A program made the translations under genes and the position numbers. Below, piece after piece: positions 1 through 12,712 of a stretch of DNA of 64,000 bases (positions are counted from its first letter, which is position 1; each line of letters begins with the position of its first letter). Source of the stretch: Octopus vulgaris (Eukaryota); NCBI GenBank assembly GCA_951406725.2, contig OX597829.1, forward strand, positions 32,922,001 to 32,986,000, given 5' to 3'. The notes beneath the pieces were generated by a model that had not been told where the DNA came from, did no database searches, and saw only the letters and a program-made list of their open reading frames with translations.

Positions 1-59
1 TATTATCATCATTATCAATGTAAACATAAACAGAGGTAGTGATGATTGATTACATCAAT

Positions 60-1740
60 ATAAAAGAAGACGATGTAATAAGGGCTATAGATGAGATGAA
101 CCCAAACTCATCTACTAGCCCTGATGGATTCCCAGCAATCCTTCAAAGATCATGTAAGGGAGTTCTAGCAAGACCACTGCAGTTTCTCTTCTAGATATTC
201 TTTGCAACTTCCAAGCAAGCTGTGGGAAGGTAAAATATGCCTCAATTGTAAAGGAAGTAGCAGAGCAGCAGCCAAAAACTACAGACCTGTCTCTCTGACC
301 TCGCACATCAGCAAAATCGTGTAATGAATAGTCAGAAGAAAACTAACCACGCTCCTTGAGGAAAATGACTTGCTGACTGACACCCAACATGGTTTCCAAC
401 CACAAAGAAGCAGCCTGACTCAGCTCTTACAAAACTATGATTGGGTGTTGAAACAGCTGCTCAACCACTCAAATGTGGATTTGATATATCTAGACTTTGC
501 AAAGACTTTTGATAAAGTTGATCATGGAATGATATGTCACAAACTGCGTGATCTCAGCATATTTAAGAAATTTGGAGAATGACTGCATGACTTTCTGCAA
601 GATAGACGTCAAGCAGGAGTAGCCAATGGAGCCACCTCTAATGACATGTAAATAGTGTGCGGTATTCCGCAAGGTACTGATCTGGGATCACTACTGTTCA
701 TAATGGCCCTCTCGGATATGCCCTTAGCCACACAGAGAGCCACAATCACAAGTTATGCAGGTGATACAGAAGTCTCGCAGGTGATACAGAACTGAAGATG
801 CTATGCAGCTGCAATGTGAATTAGATGAAATATACAAGTGGGCTAAGAATAGCATGCTGTTTAATGTTGAAAAGTTTTGCATTCTGATAACAAGCCCTAT
901 GTTATCAGAATGCAAAACTAAATGCAATACCAATTAAATATAAGGTTGTCCCAAAAGTTCGTAGAAAGTCTTGGAAAATAATGGTCTTTATTTTGAGGAA
1001 TAATTTTTGTTGTTTTTGGTAGTACTTGGCGAGTAAAAATTCAATTTTCGCAAGTGTTTACGAACTTTTGGGACAACCTAATACTTTGAACCTGGAGGGA
1101 TTGCGATGCCAGAGACACAGTAAGTGCGAAACCTGGGCATTTACATGAGTAATGATGCATCCTTCCATGTGCATGTTGCTAAGTTGACAATGAAATGCAG
1201 ACCAGATGGATACTTAGATCTTTTAAAATGAAAGATCAGGAAGCCATGATGGTCGCCTGGAGGACATTTGTCCTAAGCCACTTCAACTATTGCTTCCAGC
1301 TATGGTCACCAACCAGTGTGAAATTAATTGCAGAACTTGAGTCAATTCAACAAAGCTACAGAAAGACAACTTCTATATAGCATATAAGTTACAGGTTGAG
1401 ATTCTATTCCCTAGAATATGCCGTAATATACATTTGGAAGATCATGGAGAGACTTGTCCCAAACAATGGCATTGAGAATTATACTAATGCTAAAACAGTG
1501 TTCCACTGCATAATGCCAAAGACTCCAACTTTGACATCAAAATATAGGACAAGATATTGCAACAGCTCTTCAATATCCTCCCAAAGGATCTGAGAGACCT
1601 GCACAGGCTGGATGTGTTTTAAAAATGAAACTAGATCTCTTACTGTCAAGTGTCCCAGATGAACCAACTTCACAACAGGAAGTGCAAATGAGAGCAGCGG
1701 CATCAAACTCCCTCATGCACCAAATGTCAGGTTCTAAAAA
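60..1740 (+). pseudogene. Degraded CR1/L2-group non-LTR retrotransposon, RT and C-terminal region
   Basis: Fragments DTQHGFQPQRSSLTQL, DLIYLDFAKTFDKVDH, GIPQGTDLG, SYAGDT (decayed YADD) and FNYCFQLWSP; many stops and frameshifts. Confidence 0.8.
941..1081. mobile_element. ~140-bp Tc1/mariner-type MITE inserted in the CR1-like remnant
   Basis: TIRs taaggttgtcccaaaagttcgta / tacgaacttttgggacaacctaa, with TA on both flanks. Confidence 0.8.
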
Positions 1741-1779
1741 GATTTAGTGAAGTAAAAATTATGTAGCAACACCAAATGG

Positions 1780-2940
1780 CGCTATAGGAAAGATATCCAG
1801 ATAATGCAGTCATTCAAGCCTAATATAATGACTGACACCAACTTAACAGCTGTTAATTTCCTTGGTGTAACCTTAAATCTACTGCAGAATACCTACGAGC
1901 CCTATAGAAAGCCCAATGACAGAATTAGTTATATCAATATATGTTCTTGATACCTACACATAGTTTTAAAGAATTTAGTTAAGAATATCAGTAGAAAAAT
2001 TTCTAACCTCTCATTTAATATAAACATAAGTGTTGCACCTTTGTATAATAGTGCACTTAAAGCTAGTGGCTTTAATGAAAATTAATATATACTCCCAATG
2101 TTAGGTCAGATATAAAGAATAGGAAAAATAGAAACAGGAAAATATTCTGGTTTGCACCTCCTTACTCTCTGGAAGTGAATTTTAAGATATGTAAATACTT
2201 CCTATCACTTATATAATAAGCATTTCCCAAGTCAGAATAAATTTAGAAAACTTTTTAATAGGCATAATCTGAATATTAGTTTTAGCTTGACACCTAATTT
2301 CAAGAATATAATTACTTATAAAACTGCACAGCATAGTAAAGACCCAATGAATGGTTAGAGTGAGGTCATTGTTTATGAAGCTACTGTGAGTTCTACCAGC
2401 ACTAGCAATGCAGCTGTAACTAAAAAATATATGGGTCTTACGGAGGAAAATTTCCTTAAATGGTCCTTAAAAGCGCAAGGAGTTAACTACAGCATTAGCT
2501 GGAAGATATTAGCAAAATGCAAACCTTATACTAACGGTAGTGGTAGATGACTTATCTGAAAGAGTTCATTAGATCCAAATACATATTTAAATTCAAAGTT
2601 TGAGCTCTTTGGAACTTGTCTACATGTCACAAAATTCCTGCTTGGAGTTTGGGCCTTCCCAAGATAATACTTAAAGACTTCATCGACTTGTTCCTCATAA
2701 GATATATATTTTTCTTTTGCCCACATTTTAGATATGAGTTGCTTCCCTTCGGTACTTATTTTACTTATTTTCAATTTGATATGAGTTGCTCCCCTTGAAT
2801 TTTAGCGTTGAGATTCAATTTTAAAATTTGTTTTTCAGAGTTTCATAGAATTATATTGTATAACTATTATTGTAATAATTAAGTAAAGTTTCTTCTATAT
2901 TTGATATACTGAGGTTTCATTTTTTTTGTGTATACTTCAA
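1780..2940 (+). pseudogene. Degraded Penelope-like element 3' part (RT thumb and GIY-YIG)
   Basis: VNFLGVTLNL..YEPYRKPNDRISYIN, IFWFAPPYS, IVYEATV..KKYMGLTE; followed by hammerhead-bearing repeats. Confidence 0.7.
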
Positions 2941-2969
2941 TACAGCAAAACTCGCCAAGAAGGTTTTGA

Positions 2970-3030
2970 AACCACCTGAAGAATGTCTCAAAGATGTGCT
3001 GAAATAAGACATGAAACGGTCGTAGTGGTT
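2970..3030 (+). ncRNA. Type I hammerhead ribozyme motif
   Basis: aaccac-CTGAAGA-atgtct..agacat-GAAA-cggtcg-TA-gtggtt: catalytic boxes, stems I and II pair, short near-palindromic stem III. Confidence 0.8.
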
Positions 3031-3186
3031 ATTTATAATTGTTAAATTTCTAAATTTATGTAAATTAATTTAGGTATTGGCTTAAGTCTTTCTTTGTTTG
3101 ATTTGCATAATAGTGGTTTTGTCTCTAATTTAATATTTTATATATATATATATATATATATAAACCTCGCCAAGTTAAATATTTAA

Positions 3187-3254
3187 ACCACCTGAAGAAT
3201 GACTGTAACTCGGAAATTTTAAGAATTGAACAGCCATGAAACGATCGTAGTGTT
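3187..3254 (+). ncRNA. Type I hammerhead ribozyme motif (second tandem copy)
   Basis: cac-CTGAAGA-atgactgt..acagccat-GAAA-cgatcg-TA-gtg. Confidence 0.8.
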
Positions 3255-3383
3255 ATATTAATTATCTTTTTTAATAATTTTGATATATATTTAAATAATA
3301 TAAATTAATTAATCTTATGTATTGGCTTAAGTTTTTCATTGTATGATTTGCCTAATAGTGGTTTTATCTCTAATTTAATATAG

Positions 3384-3415
<32 letters not shown>

Positions 3416-3419
3416 TGAG

Positions 3420-6400
3420 GACCTAGAAATACCTGGTATGGTGCCCAGGCGTGCAGAAAGCCTACCAGGGTGGATCAGACCCTTTAGTGTTGACTCTCAC
3501 AACTGACTGATCTAGGAGACGGAACACTCTTACAAGAAAATCCTGCGATCGTTTTATCATCTGACGTGTGGCACACCGTCCACCTGTACAGACCATGTTA
3601 ATTCGATGGAGAGAGTGTGCTTTGTTCAGCACAAGCAATGACCACTTTAAACAAGTCAAAGTGCTGGTTGTTCAGTAAACCATTTTCACTCAATAACACC
3701 TAAGGTTTGGCGCATCGATAGGTATCTTTTGTTTGTTTGTTTTTTTTATTAAATCCTATGGCGATGATGGGATTGTGACGGGAACAGGTGAAGGATGTCA
3801 CTGGTAGTTCCTAACATGAACATTGCACATAGGTGGTGGAAGGTAGATGGCCATTTTACACAACACCCGCAAGTAATTGTGTGACTCGTGTCCTCCTTTC
3901 ATAACAAAGCAGCCCTTTTTAGGATGGCACTGCTTTCCTCTTCATGGGGAGGGATTTATAAAAAATGACCTAAACATTGCTTACTTGCTCTTGTCCCTGT
4001 CATCTGGAGCAGATGACTGGGCATCCAATATTGCACCCAAATCAAAAGTAGAAAGAAAATACATGGTACAAATATGTTCATTGCGTCTAGGATGGTGAGA
4101 ACACTCCAAGATAACAAAAAGAACCCTGAATGAAGAACCGCTATCATAGCACGTGTGTTGAAGCATCATAAAACTGGTATTGCAGCTCTTTCTGAAACCA
4201 GGTTTGCTAATATGGGACAGTTAGAGGAAGTTGAAGGTGGGTACACTTTCTATTGGATAGGAAAAGCAAGTTCTGAGAAACGTGAATCAGGCGTTGGTTT
4301 TGCCATCAGGAATGATATTGTCAAAAATCTTGACTCTCTGCCTGTTGGTATAAATGACAGACTTATGTCCTTGCGCATTGCGGTAGAAAAAGACATATAT
4401 GCTACATTTTTGAGTTGCTAAAAGAAAGTTTTTACTCCTCTTTATGTGAACAGATTAACAGATTATCTATTCAAGATAAGCTGTTTATCTTAGGTGACTT
4501 CAATGCTCGTGTAGGTAGTGATACACAATTTTGGAGCAACGTTGGTTCACACGGAATTGGTAAAGTCAACTCAAACGGTGTTCTCTTATTGTCTCTTTGC
4601 AGTGAGTTTGATCTTTTGCTCACTAATACCGTGTTTCAGTTACCTAATTGCAAGAAAGCCAGTTGGAAGCATCCTCGGTCTAATCATTATCATCTCATTG
4701 ACTATGTCATTGTACATCGTTCTGATAGACAAGATGTAAGTCTTACACGCTCTTACAGTATAGGGAAATGTTGGTTAGATCACAAATTGATCTGCTCCAC
4801 AATCAAGATGAAAATCAAACGCCCTGTTCGAAATCAACGTAGTTCTCCCATCAAGAGAATTGATGTGGACAAATTGAAGGTTAAGGAGGCCATGCAGTCA
4901 TTTCAAAAGGTTACTGATGAAAAGCTGTCCTCCATTATATGTGGGAATGACATTGAGGCATCTTGGTCAGAGTTTAAAACTGCAGTGTATGACTCTGCCA
5001 AAGAGTCATTAGGATATGTTCGAAGGAAGAACCAAGATTGGTTTGATGAAAATGATCCAACCATCCTCCTTTTGCTCAGTAACATACATCAAACCCATCA
5101 AAGTGTGGATTACTGACAAAAATTCTTCAGTAAAACACAAGGCTTTTCGAATGGCCAAAAAATTGGCACAATCTCAGCTCCGGGAAATGAAACAAAACTG
5201 GTGGAAGTTGAAAGCCCAGGCCTTACAAGATGCAGCGAATAAGTGCGATTTTAAATCTTTCTACCAAAATCTCAAAGGTGTCTTTGGTCCCATCTCAAAG
5301 GGGGTATCTTCAATATTTTCATCAGATGGCACTCTCCTTACTGATAAGAAAGAAATTACTAAGCGCTGGGCTGAAAATTTTTCAAATGTTTTAAACAGAG
5401 AATCGACCGTGGATCAGGAAGTGATTGATAATATTCCTCAGAAGCCAGCCATCGAGAATCTTGCTGACAGTCCATCCATGTCGGAGGTCGAAAAGGCTAT
5501 AAAGCAATTGTCAAATGGTAAAGCTCCAGGTGATGATGGGATACCTGCAGAAATATACAAATGTGGAAGCCAACTGCTAATCAGGAAACTAAGTGCTCTG
5601 TTTTCATCAATATGGGAACTTGGTACCATGCCACAACAGTTCAAAGATGCTTCAATTATTCACCTGTTTAAGCACAAAGGAAATAAATATGGAGTGTGAT
5701 AACCATAGAGGAATTTCTCTCTTATCTGTTGCTGGTAAGATTCTAGCGCGTGTAATCTTAAACAGACTCAATGATTCAATTTGTAAAACTGTGCTCCCAG
5801 AAACCCAATGTGGTTTCCAGTCTGAAAGAGGCACTGTGGATATGATCTTCAGCTTACGGCAACTACAAGAGAAAGCAAGGGAACAGAATAAGGACTTGTT
5901 TGTTACCTTTGTTGATCTCACTAAGGCATTTGATACCGTCTCCAGGGATGACCTGTGGACTATTTTGAGGAAGCTTGGTGTTCCAGACAAGATGTTGAAT
6001 GTGATTGTCTCCTTTCGTCATGGAATGATGGCGTCCGTACGGTCTGACTGCGAACAAAGTGAACCATTCGAAGTGTCAAATGGAACCAAGCAAGAATGTG
6101 TCCTTGCTCCGATCCTATTTGCTCTTTTCTTTTCAGTGATGCTTGAAACAGCCTTCAAAGACACCTCGGAAGGTGTAGGTGTTGAGTATTGATCAAGCGG
6201 AGGGTTATTTAACCAGCAGCGGTTCAAAGCCAAAACCCAGACTTTTGTGCAGACTGTTCTTGATCTTTTTTGCTGATGACTGTGCTCTTGTCACCCATAG
6301 TCTTGAGGACATGCAGAACATCCTCAATAGCTTCTCTGATGCATGTAAGGCCTTTGGTCTTACAATTAGCATAATGAAAACTGAACTTATTCACCAGCCA

Positions 6401-7355
6401 AAAACAAACTCTTCGCCCACTTCACAACCAGTGGTATATGTTGATGGTAAAGCTTTGAAAACAGTATTTTCTTTTACATACCACGGCTCTATTGTGTCTG
6501 ATGATGCAAAATTTGAAAAAGATATCCAAAACAGAATCAATAAAGCAAGTGAAGCATTTAATAGGTTGTGACACAGACTCTGGAACAGCCACGATGTGTC
6601 TCAAAGTAAAAGTAGCAGTCTACAAATCTGTTGTTCTATCTACTCTTCTGTATGGTGCTGAAACATGGACCTTGTATCGCAAACATATCAATCAGCTTGA
6701 TTCTTTCCATATGAGATGTCTTTGTTCTATTTGCAATGTTAAATGGCAAGATCGTGTTCGAAATAGTGAGTTACTGGAGAGGTGTGAGATCACTGGTATT
6801 GAAACATTTTTGATTAAGATACAAATGCGGTGGTCTGGTCATCTCATAAGAATGGATGACTCAAGAGTTCCAAAGCAGTTTTTTTATGGGCAATTGACAA
6901 ATTCTTCCCGTCCAACAGGGCGTCCTCTTCTTCGTTACAAGGATAAACTAAAAGACAATCTGAAGTGTTGTGACATTGCTCTGAGCTCCTGGGAGAGTGC
7001 AGCAGGGGATCACAGCAAATGGAGGAAAATGTGTTTTCTAAAGACTAGGGAATTTGAAAGTAACCGCCTTCGTCATAGGGACGCCCTTTGTGCAAATTTG
7101 AAAGCAACACATCAGCAAAATCCACCGAACAATGATTGTGTGTGTCACTGTGGGTTCAAAGCATGAAGCAAAGCTGGGTTAGCTGTCCACTCGAGAAGAC
7201 ATTTTGAACCAACGAATACATGCAAGTGTACCATTTGCGAGAAAGTGTGCAAGACATCTGGTGGATTGAAAGTACACATGTGGTGTCACAAGGCTTCGGA
7301 ATTGTTGAAGGTTATTTACTGAACTCTCATTCATCGTCTTCGATGAGTAAATCCA

Positions 7356-7358
<3 letters not shown>
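3420..7358 (+). mobile_element. Near full-length, disrupted RTE-clade LINE (APE, RT, C-terminal C2H2-like fingers)
   Basis: IAALSETRF, LGDFNARVG, LIDYV, KAPGDDGIPAE, RGISLLSVAGK, FVDLTKAFDTV, FADDCAL, LLYGAETW across frameshifted ORFs 4155-7166; CKCTICEKVCKTSGGLKVH near 7220; ends in (TA)n. Confidence 0.9.
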
Positions 7359-7397
<39 letters not shown>

Positions 7398-8013
7398 TCA
7401 TATATCTATGCATATTTTGTGTGAGTATGAGAATAAAGATGATAACGTCAAATTAGGAATATGTGCATTCTTTTAAAGAATGTTTTTCTGTGGATGTGTT
7501 GACATCAGCTCCTGTAAGTTGATTGAATTTCTCTCTCTTTATTTGGAATTTTAAAAAATTTTTGGGTGAAGGTGGTTCCTTATAAGATCTGCTTTGATCT
7601 GAGTGTTTTTCCACTCAAAAATTTTCCCAAATAGGTGGGAGTGTAGATACTTTTGCCAAGCCTTGCGACGTTAAGCTGAACTTAGCAAGTAGTATGACCA
7701 TGTTATACAACGATAGACTGAACTTACATATTTTTTATTATATTTTTACATTTGTTTTATGATATTTTTAACGTTATTTTTTATGTTATTACGCTCTAAT
7801 TTTTACTTTGTAAATTATGATTATTATATTTTATCATTTGTAAATTTTTTTCCGTGGATTAGGTTATATATCTTTTTTTTTTTTTTTTTGCATTTTGTCA
7901 TTCATTCATATTTGTTTAAGTCCACTTTTAACTATAGTTTTTATTCGAATATATATTTCTTTGTCACTGTTTATTTTATCATCACTATATTATATAGTCT
8001 TTTCATTATTATA

Positions 8014-9303
8014 CGAGGGACGTTCAATAAGTAATGCCTCTGACCCACTTGCAGTTGTTTGATCTAGCTGAAATTTTGCATGTGCAATCATTTATATCTC
8101 TATAGAGTAAGTGGCAAATTACAGCTCTGAATTAATTGTGGTTTCTGATTTACAGGTGTTTGAACTGAGTCAAGTGTGAAATGGAGCCTGTTGAGTGTCG
8201 AGCAGTGATCCGGTTTTTGTATTTGAAAGGACGCACACCACGGGAGACTTTTGATGAAATGAAAGTAACTTATGGTGATGATGCCCCATCATATGACCTT
8301 GTAAAACGCTGGCATTGTGAATTCAAACATAGTCGGAACTCTGTGGAAACAGCTCCCAGATCTGGTCGCTCCTTCTGCCATTGATGAGGCATCTGTCCGT
8401 CAAGTTGAGGCTGCCATTTTGGAAGATCGACGCATAATTATTCGCCAAATAGCCCATGAGGTCAAGATTAGTACCGGGTCTGTAGAAACTATCATTCATG
8501 ACCATTTGCATATGCAAAAGGTGTCTGCCAGATGGATTCCCAGGTTGCTCACGCCTTTCCAGAAGCAAGAACGCGTCGAGTGCTCGAGGGTGAATTTGGA
8601 GATGTGCCAAGAAGATGAGTCAAAATTTTTCAAAAGACTGATTACACAGGATGAAACCTGGGTCCATCACGATGATCCAGAGACCAAAGCCCAGTCAATG
8701 CAGAGGAAGCACCGTGACTCACCCCCTCCAAAGAAGGCAAGGGTGCAGCCCTCCGCTAGCAAGGTCATGCTCACAGTCTTCTGGGACCAGGACGGAGTAG
8801 TGATGACATATTTCCTGGCAAAGGGTACCACAATTGCAGGAGCTTATTATGCTTCACTTTTGAGGAAATTAAGAGAAGTTATCAAAATCAAGAGGCGGGG
8901 CAAGATCAGCAAAGGCATCCTGCTCCTGCAGGACAACGCTCCGGTCCACAACTCGCTTGTCGCCAGATCAGAAGCACAGGCGAATGGCTATGATCTCCTC
9001 CCCCATCCCCCTACTTTCCTGACCTTGCACCCTCTGATTTTCACCTCTTCCCAGTCATGAAGTTGTTTTTGAAAGGAAAGCGTTTCCAAGATGATGCAGC
9101 CTTGATTTCTGAAGTCACGTTCAGGTTGGAGGACCAAGCTGGGGTCTTCTACAAAAACGGTCTCCAGAGCTGCATCAAACAATGGGAGAAATGCGTAATT
9201 CTGGGTGGTTCCTATGTAAAAAAAGACTAATAACTGTGCCAAGTTTCGCTGCTCTACTGCTATGGGAAGTGGGTCAGGGGCATTACTTATTGAACGCCCC
9301 TCG
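8014..9303 (+). mobile_element. Full-length mariner DNA transposon with frameshifted transposase (8181-9231)
   Basis: TIRs cgagggacgttcaataagtaatgcc / ggcattacttattgaacgcccctcg, TA TSD; motifs WIPRLL, TQDETW, QDNAPVH and frameshifted HPP-PDLAPSDF. Confidence 0.95.
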
Positions 9304-9565
9304 TATCATCACTATTACACATTCTTTTCATTATTATATTATAATTTTCTTCATTCCTACATATTATTAATTTATATGCATGTTTATAGGCATAAGTCAC
9401 GTTTGAATTTAGTTTTGTAAATTTTTAATCAATTAAATTATAGCTTGCACAGCAAGGTTCGGCGAATTTATCTTCACACACGCATATTTGTCTGTTAGTT
9501 ACATTTGTAACTGTTAAAATATTAAAATATAGAAATAGTTATTGTGTTATAATAAATTTATCAAG

Positions 9566-9662
9566 AGTCCTGATGATTGGGGTTGCAGTTAAGATATGCT
9601 TCTGTGAAACATTGAGTGTCTAGGGAACGTTAAATGCACCTCATGAAACACGTGTAGAAGAG
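9566..9662 (+). ncRNA. Hammerhead-like motif with long stem II
   Basis: CTGATGA-tgggg(t)tgca...tgcacctca-tGAAA-cacgtg-TA; stem I is weak. Confidence 0.55.
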
Positions 9663-9835
9663 AAATTTAGAACTAATATAGTAAGTATTAAAATAAAATT
9701 TTATGATTTGTGTGATGTATATTAGGATTTGATGAATTGCATGGGGACTTCTATCTCTAAATAACATATATTTCCTTATAGTTATTTGAATCCCTATGAC
9801 ACCAGAATTTATATTCCCTAATAAATAAAATTACT

Positions 9836-9869
<34 letters not shown>

Positions 9870-10165
9870 TATATATATATAAATATATTATATATATATA
9901 ATATTGATATTTTTTTTTCTTTTATTTTTTTTTTTATCTAGTTTCAGCTCACAAGCTGTGGCCATGCTGGGCACTGCCATTATATATATAAATATATATA
10001 TAATATTGATATAGATAAATATATATATATAATATTGATATATATAAATATATATATATAATATTGATATATATAAATATATATATATAATATTGATATA
10101 TATAAATATATATATATAATATTGATATATATAAATATATATATATAATATTGATATATATAAAT

Positions 10166-10232
<67 letters not shown>
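9836..10232. repeat. (TA)n and AT-rich minisatellite (aatattgatatatataaatatatatatat), with a short unique insert near 9935-9980
   Basis: Direct tandem periodicity; similar tracts at ~17860-17970 and ~23020-23220. Confidence 0.9.
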
Positions 10233-10233
<1 letters not shown>

Positions 10234-10687
10234 AAACCAGCGGACGATCGTATTCCCTCCCTCATACTCGCTGCATCTTCCTGACAAAACACGGATTTTC
10301 AGAAAAATGGCCAGCTAAGACTTTAACTTTCAACCCGTTTCATTCATATTTTTAAGCGTTCCTACGAATTATATTCAAACAAACTCGTTGTTCCTACGAA
10401 TTATATTCAAACTCGTTGCTTCGAGGTTCGCCCGCCCTTCCACCCCCTCCACCAATACCGGAAGTTTCTACACCAATGCCGGAAGTTTCTACATGTGCGG
10501 GTGGCACGTAAAAAGCACCCACTACACTCACGGAGTGGTTGGCGTTAGGAAGGGCATCCAGCTGTAGAAACATTGCCAGATAAGACTGGAGCCTGGTGCA
10601 GCCTTCTGGCTTCCCAGATCCCCGGTCGAACCGTCCAACCCATGCTAGCATGGAGAACGGACGTTAAACGATGATGATGATGATGAT
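10234..10687 (+). mobile_element. Non-autonomous retroposon ending in the RTE-family 3' tail and (GAT)n
   Basis: 5' part matches 54813-55220; 3' part (ggcacgtaaaaagcaccc..ggcgttaggaagggcatccag..gatgatg) matches the RTE 3' UTR at 22835-23022. Confidence 0.8.
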
Positions 10688-10722
10688 ATATATATATAAA
10701 TATATACAGCAGGAGTGGCTGT

Positions 10723-10761
10723 AGGCACATGAGTGGCTGTGTGGTAAGTAGCTTGCTAACC
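10723..10761 (+). mobile_element. 5' head of tRNA-derived SINE (A-box half), split from its body by the inserted array
   Basis: gagtggctgtgtggtaagtagcttgctaacc; continues at 17458 as aagtagcttgctaaccaaccacatggttccgggttcagtccc. Confidence 0.85.
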
Positions 10762-11355
10762 TCGACATGTTTTTTGGCAGCTGCCAGTTGTGAGGTGTTT
10801 CAACGTGAATTGTTGAACTTTTGACTCGACTACAGGTAAGCGTTTTGTATTTTTGGGAGCTTAGTGAAGTTTATTGCTTGCATTTAATGTTTTTAGCATT
10901 TAATATTTTTTAGCAGATAATAAACTCCACTTTGCTCCAGATATAATTTTTCTGCCTGTTGTCGAGTGTAAAGACTCACTTTGCAGTGAGAATTGTATTT
11001 TTGAAGCGGCGTAGTCCGTCTGCAAAAATTGTTTTTGAAATTGTCTTTGTGTTATCCACGGGAATTACCAAGGAGTACCAAGGATTATTTTATCAAGAAG
11101 TTTTACCAGTTGAACATTTGGCCTGGAGTACCATTTTTTGGCCGAAAAATGTGAAAAGAAAAAAACAGAAAAAATTAATTTCTTTGTGTGGATTTGAACT
11201 CTCTTCCTCCGTCTATCATTTATTTTTAAAAGAAAAAGAACTTTTTTTGAACTGCTATTTCTAATTTTGTTTCTTCCCTTCTGTTGTGTTTTTCATTCAC
11301 CTTTTTGTGTCTTATTTACTTTATTACATTTTGAACTGTTTTTAAACCTTACGTT

Positions 11356-12541
11356 ATGGCAAAGAAATTCACTGTGTGGGAATTGACACCTCCCAAAAAA
11401 TATTTGAATGAGCTAGATGAAAAACCATGGTGCTGAGGACATACTCAAAGTCGCTCGACACCATAGCAGTCTTCCCAAAGGCTACTATTTTAAACGAGCT
11501 GGCAGACTACATGCCAGCCGTTAAATATATTGCACGGGGAGTTAAATACGCAACGGTTTCGTTGCTATTTGACTCCCCTAAAGCAGCTTGCGAATTTGCA
11601 AGCCAGCCCATTGAGGGCAAACAAATATTGTTTCTCCCAAATTACAAGGGAGAAAAATTGTTGAGAGCTTGGATCTGCGGCTTACCACCAGGCGTTGAGC
11701 CCGAGTGGATAGAGGACTCTATCCGCCAGGGCTTGGATGGTAGCAGTTCCAAGCTACTGAACGTAAAAGTACAGCCTGTGGCTGATTGGGAGGGGTCAAA
11801 AGCTGTTTTGACCCTATGGACCCAGTCAGCCAAAAGTCTGGTTTTTCCGGACTTTTTGAGGATGGCCAGGTCCAAGTATCCGGTGATGTTTGAGGGACGA
11901 CCCCCAAATGTCACCTGTGCCTGGAGACCGGCCACATTAAGAAGAACTGCCCCAGGGACCAAAGTAGGATCCTGGAGAAGTTGATATCGGAACCTCTCCC
12001 TGCCCCCCAAATGGAGGGAGAGAAACAGTACGAGGAAGCGGTGACTTCCTCAACGAGAAAACGAAAAGTGGGGAACAATGGTGACCCACTAAAAGACCTG
12101 GAAGCTACGGGAGAAAGAGTGGACCCGGCGTGTGCAACACCGGAACCTCAACCTCCCGTGGTCCACAGTAAAAAGAAAAAAAGAAAGAAGAGAAACGGAA
12201 CGCTGCCAGCTGATTGTAACATGCAGACGGCATGTCCCATGTCTCCTCCGGCGCTTGTGTATCCGGAGAAATATTATGTAATCCTCTTCTACAAAGGACG
12301 AATATTAGAAAATGAAACACGTAAAATGAGGAAGAGAAGCCAATGGGAGGGACTTCGGTCCTGCATGGAGGATCCCAAGTGGCCTTTGCAGCTGGCTGCG
12401 GAGGTCCTATTCCATAACGATCGGTGCAGGATCGAGAATTCTCTCCCGGAGGAGTCCTTTCAATTTAAACCTGTATGCGGGGGCCTGACAAGGAACGATT
12501 GCGTCAATAAGGCAAGAGCGTTCATCGGCCGGGTAACGTGA
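11356..12541 (+). pseudogene. gag/ORF1p-like protein (~395 aa when repaired) with CCHC zinc knuckle; two frameshifts
   Basis: ATG 11356 (MAKKFTVWELTPPKK); joins ORFs 11427-11984 and 11981-12541; CHLCLETGHIKKNC at 11909-11950 in the -1 frame. Confidence 0.8.
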
Positions 12542-12611
12542 ACCTGTTTTTGTATTATATTGAGATAGAAGTTTATTGCCTCTGGAAACATTTTTGAATT
12601 TGTAATTTGTA

Positions 12612-12712
12612 AAATTTGGAATTTTTGTGAAATTTTGGAATTTTTGTGAAATTTTGGAATTTTTGTGAAATTTTGGAATTTTTGTGAAATTTTGGAAATT
12701 TTGTGAAATTAT
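12612..12712. repeat. 19-bp tandem repeat (aattttggaatttttgtga) x~5 in the unit A 3' UTR
   Basis: Direct periodicity. Confidence 0.9.

Noticed and set aside
9888-10292. Ile/Tyr-rich ORFs (also 22997-23284 and 17780-17980)
   Set aside because: Translations of (TA)n repeats
10723-10761. tRNA gene
   Set aside because: Only tRNA-like A/B boxes; continues into a SINE body and tail, with no convincing cloverleaf
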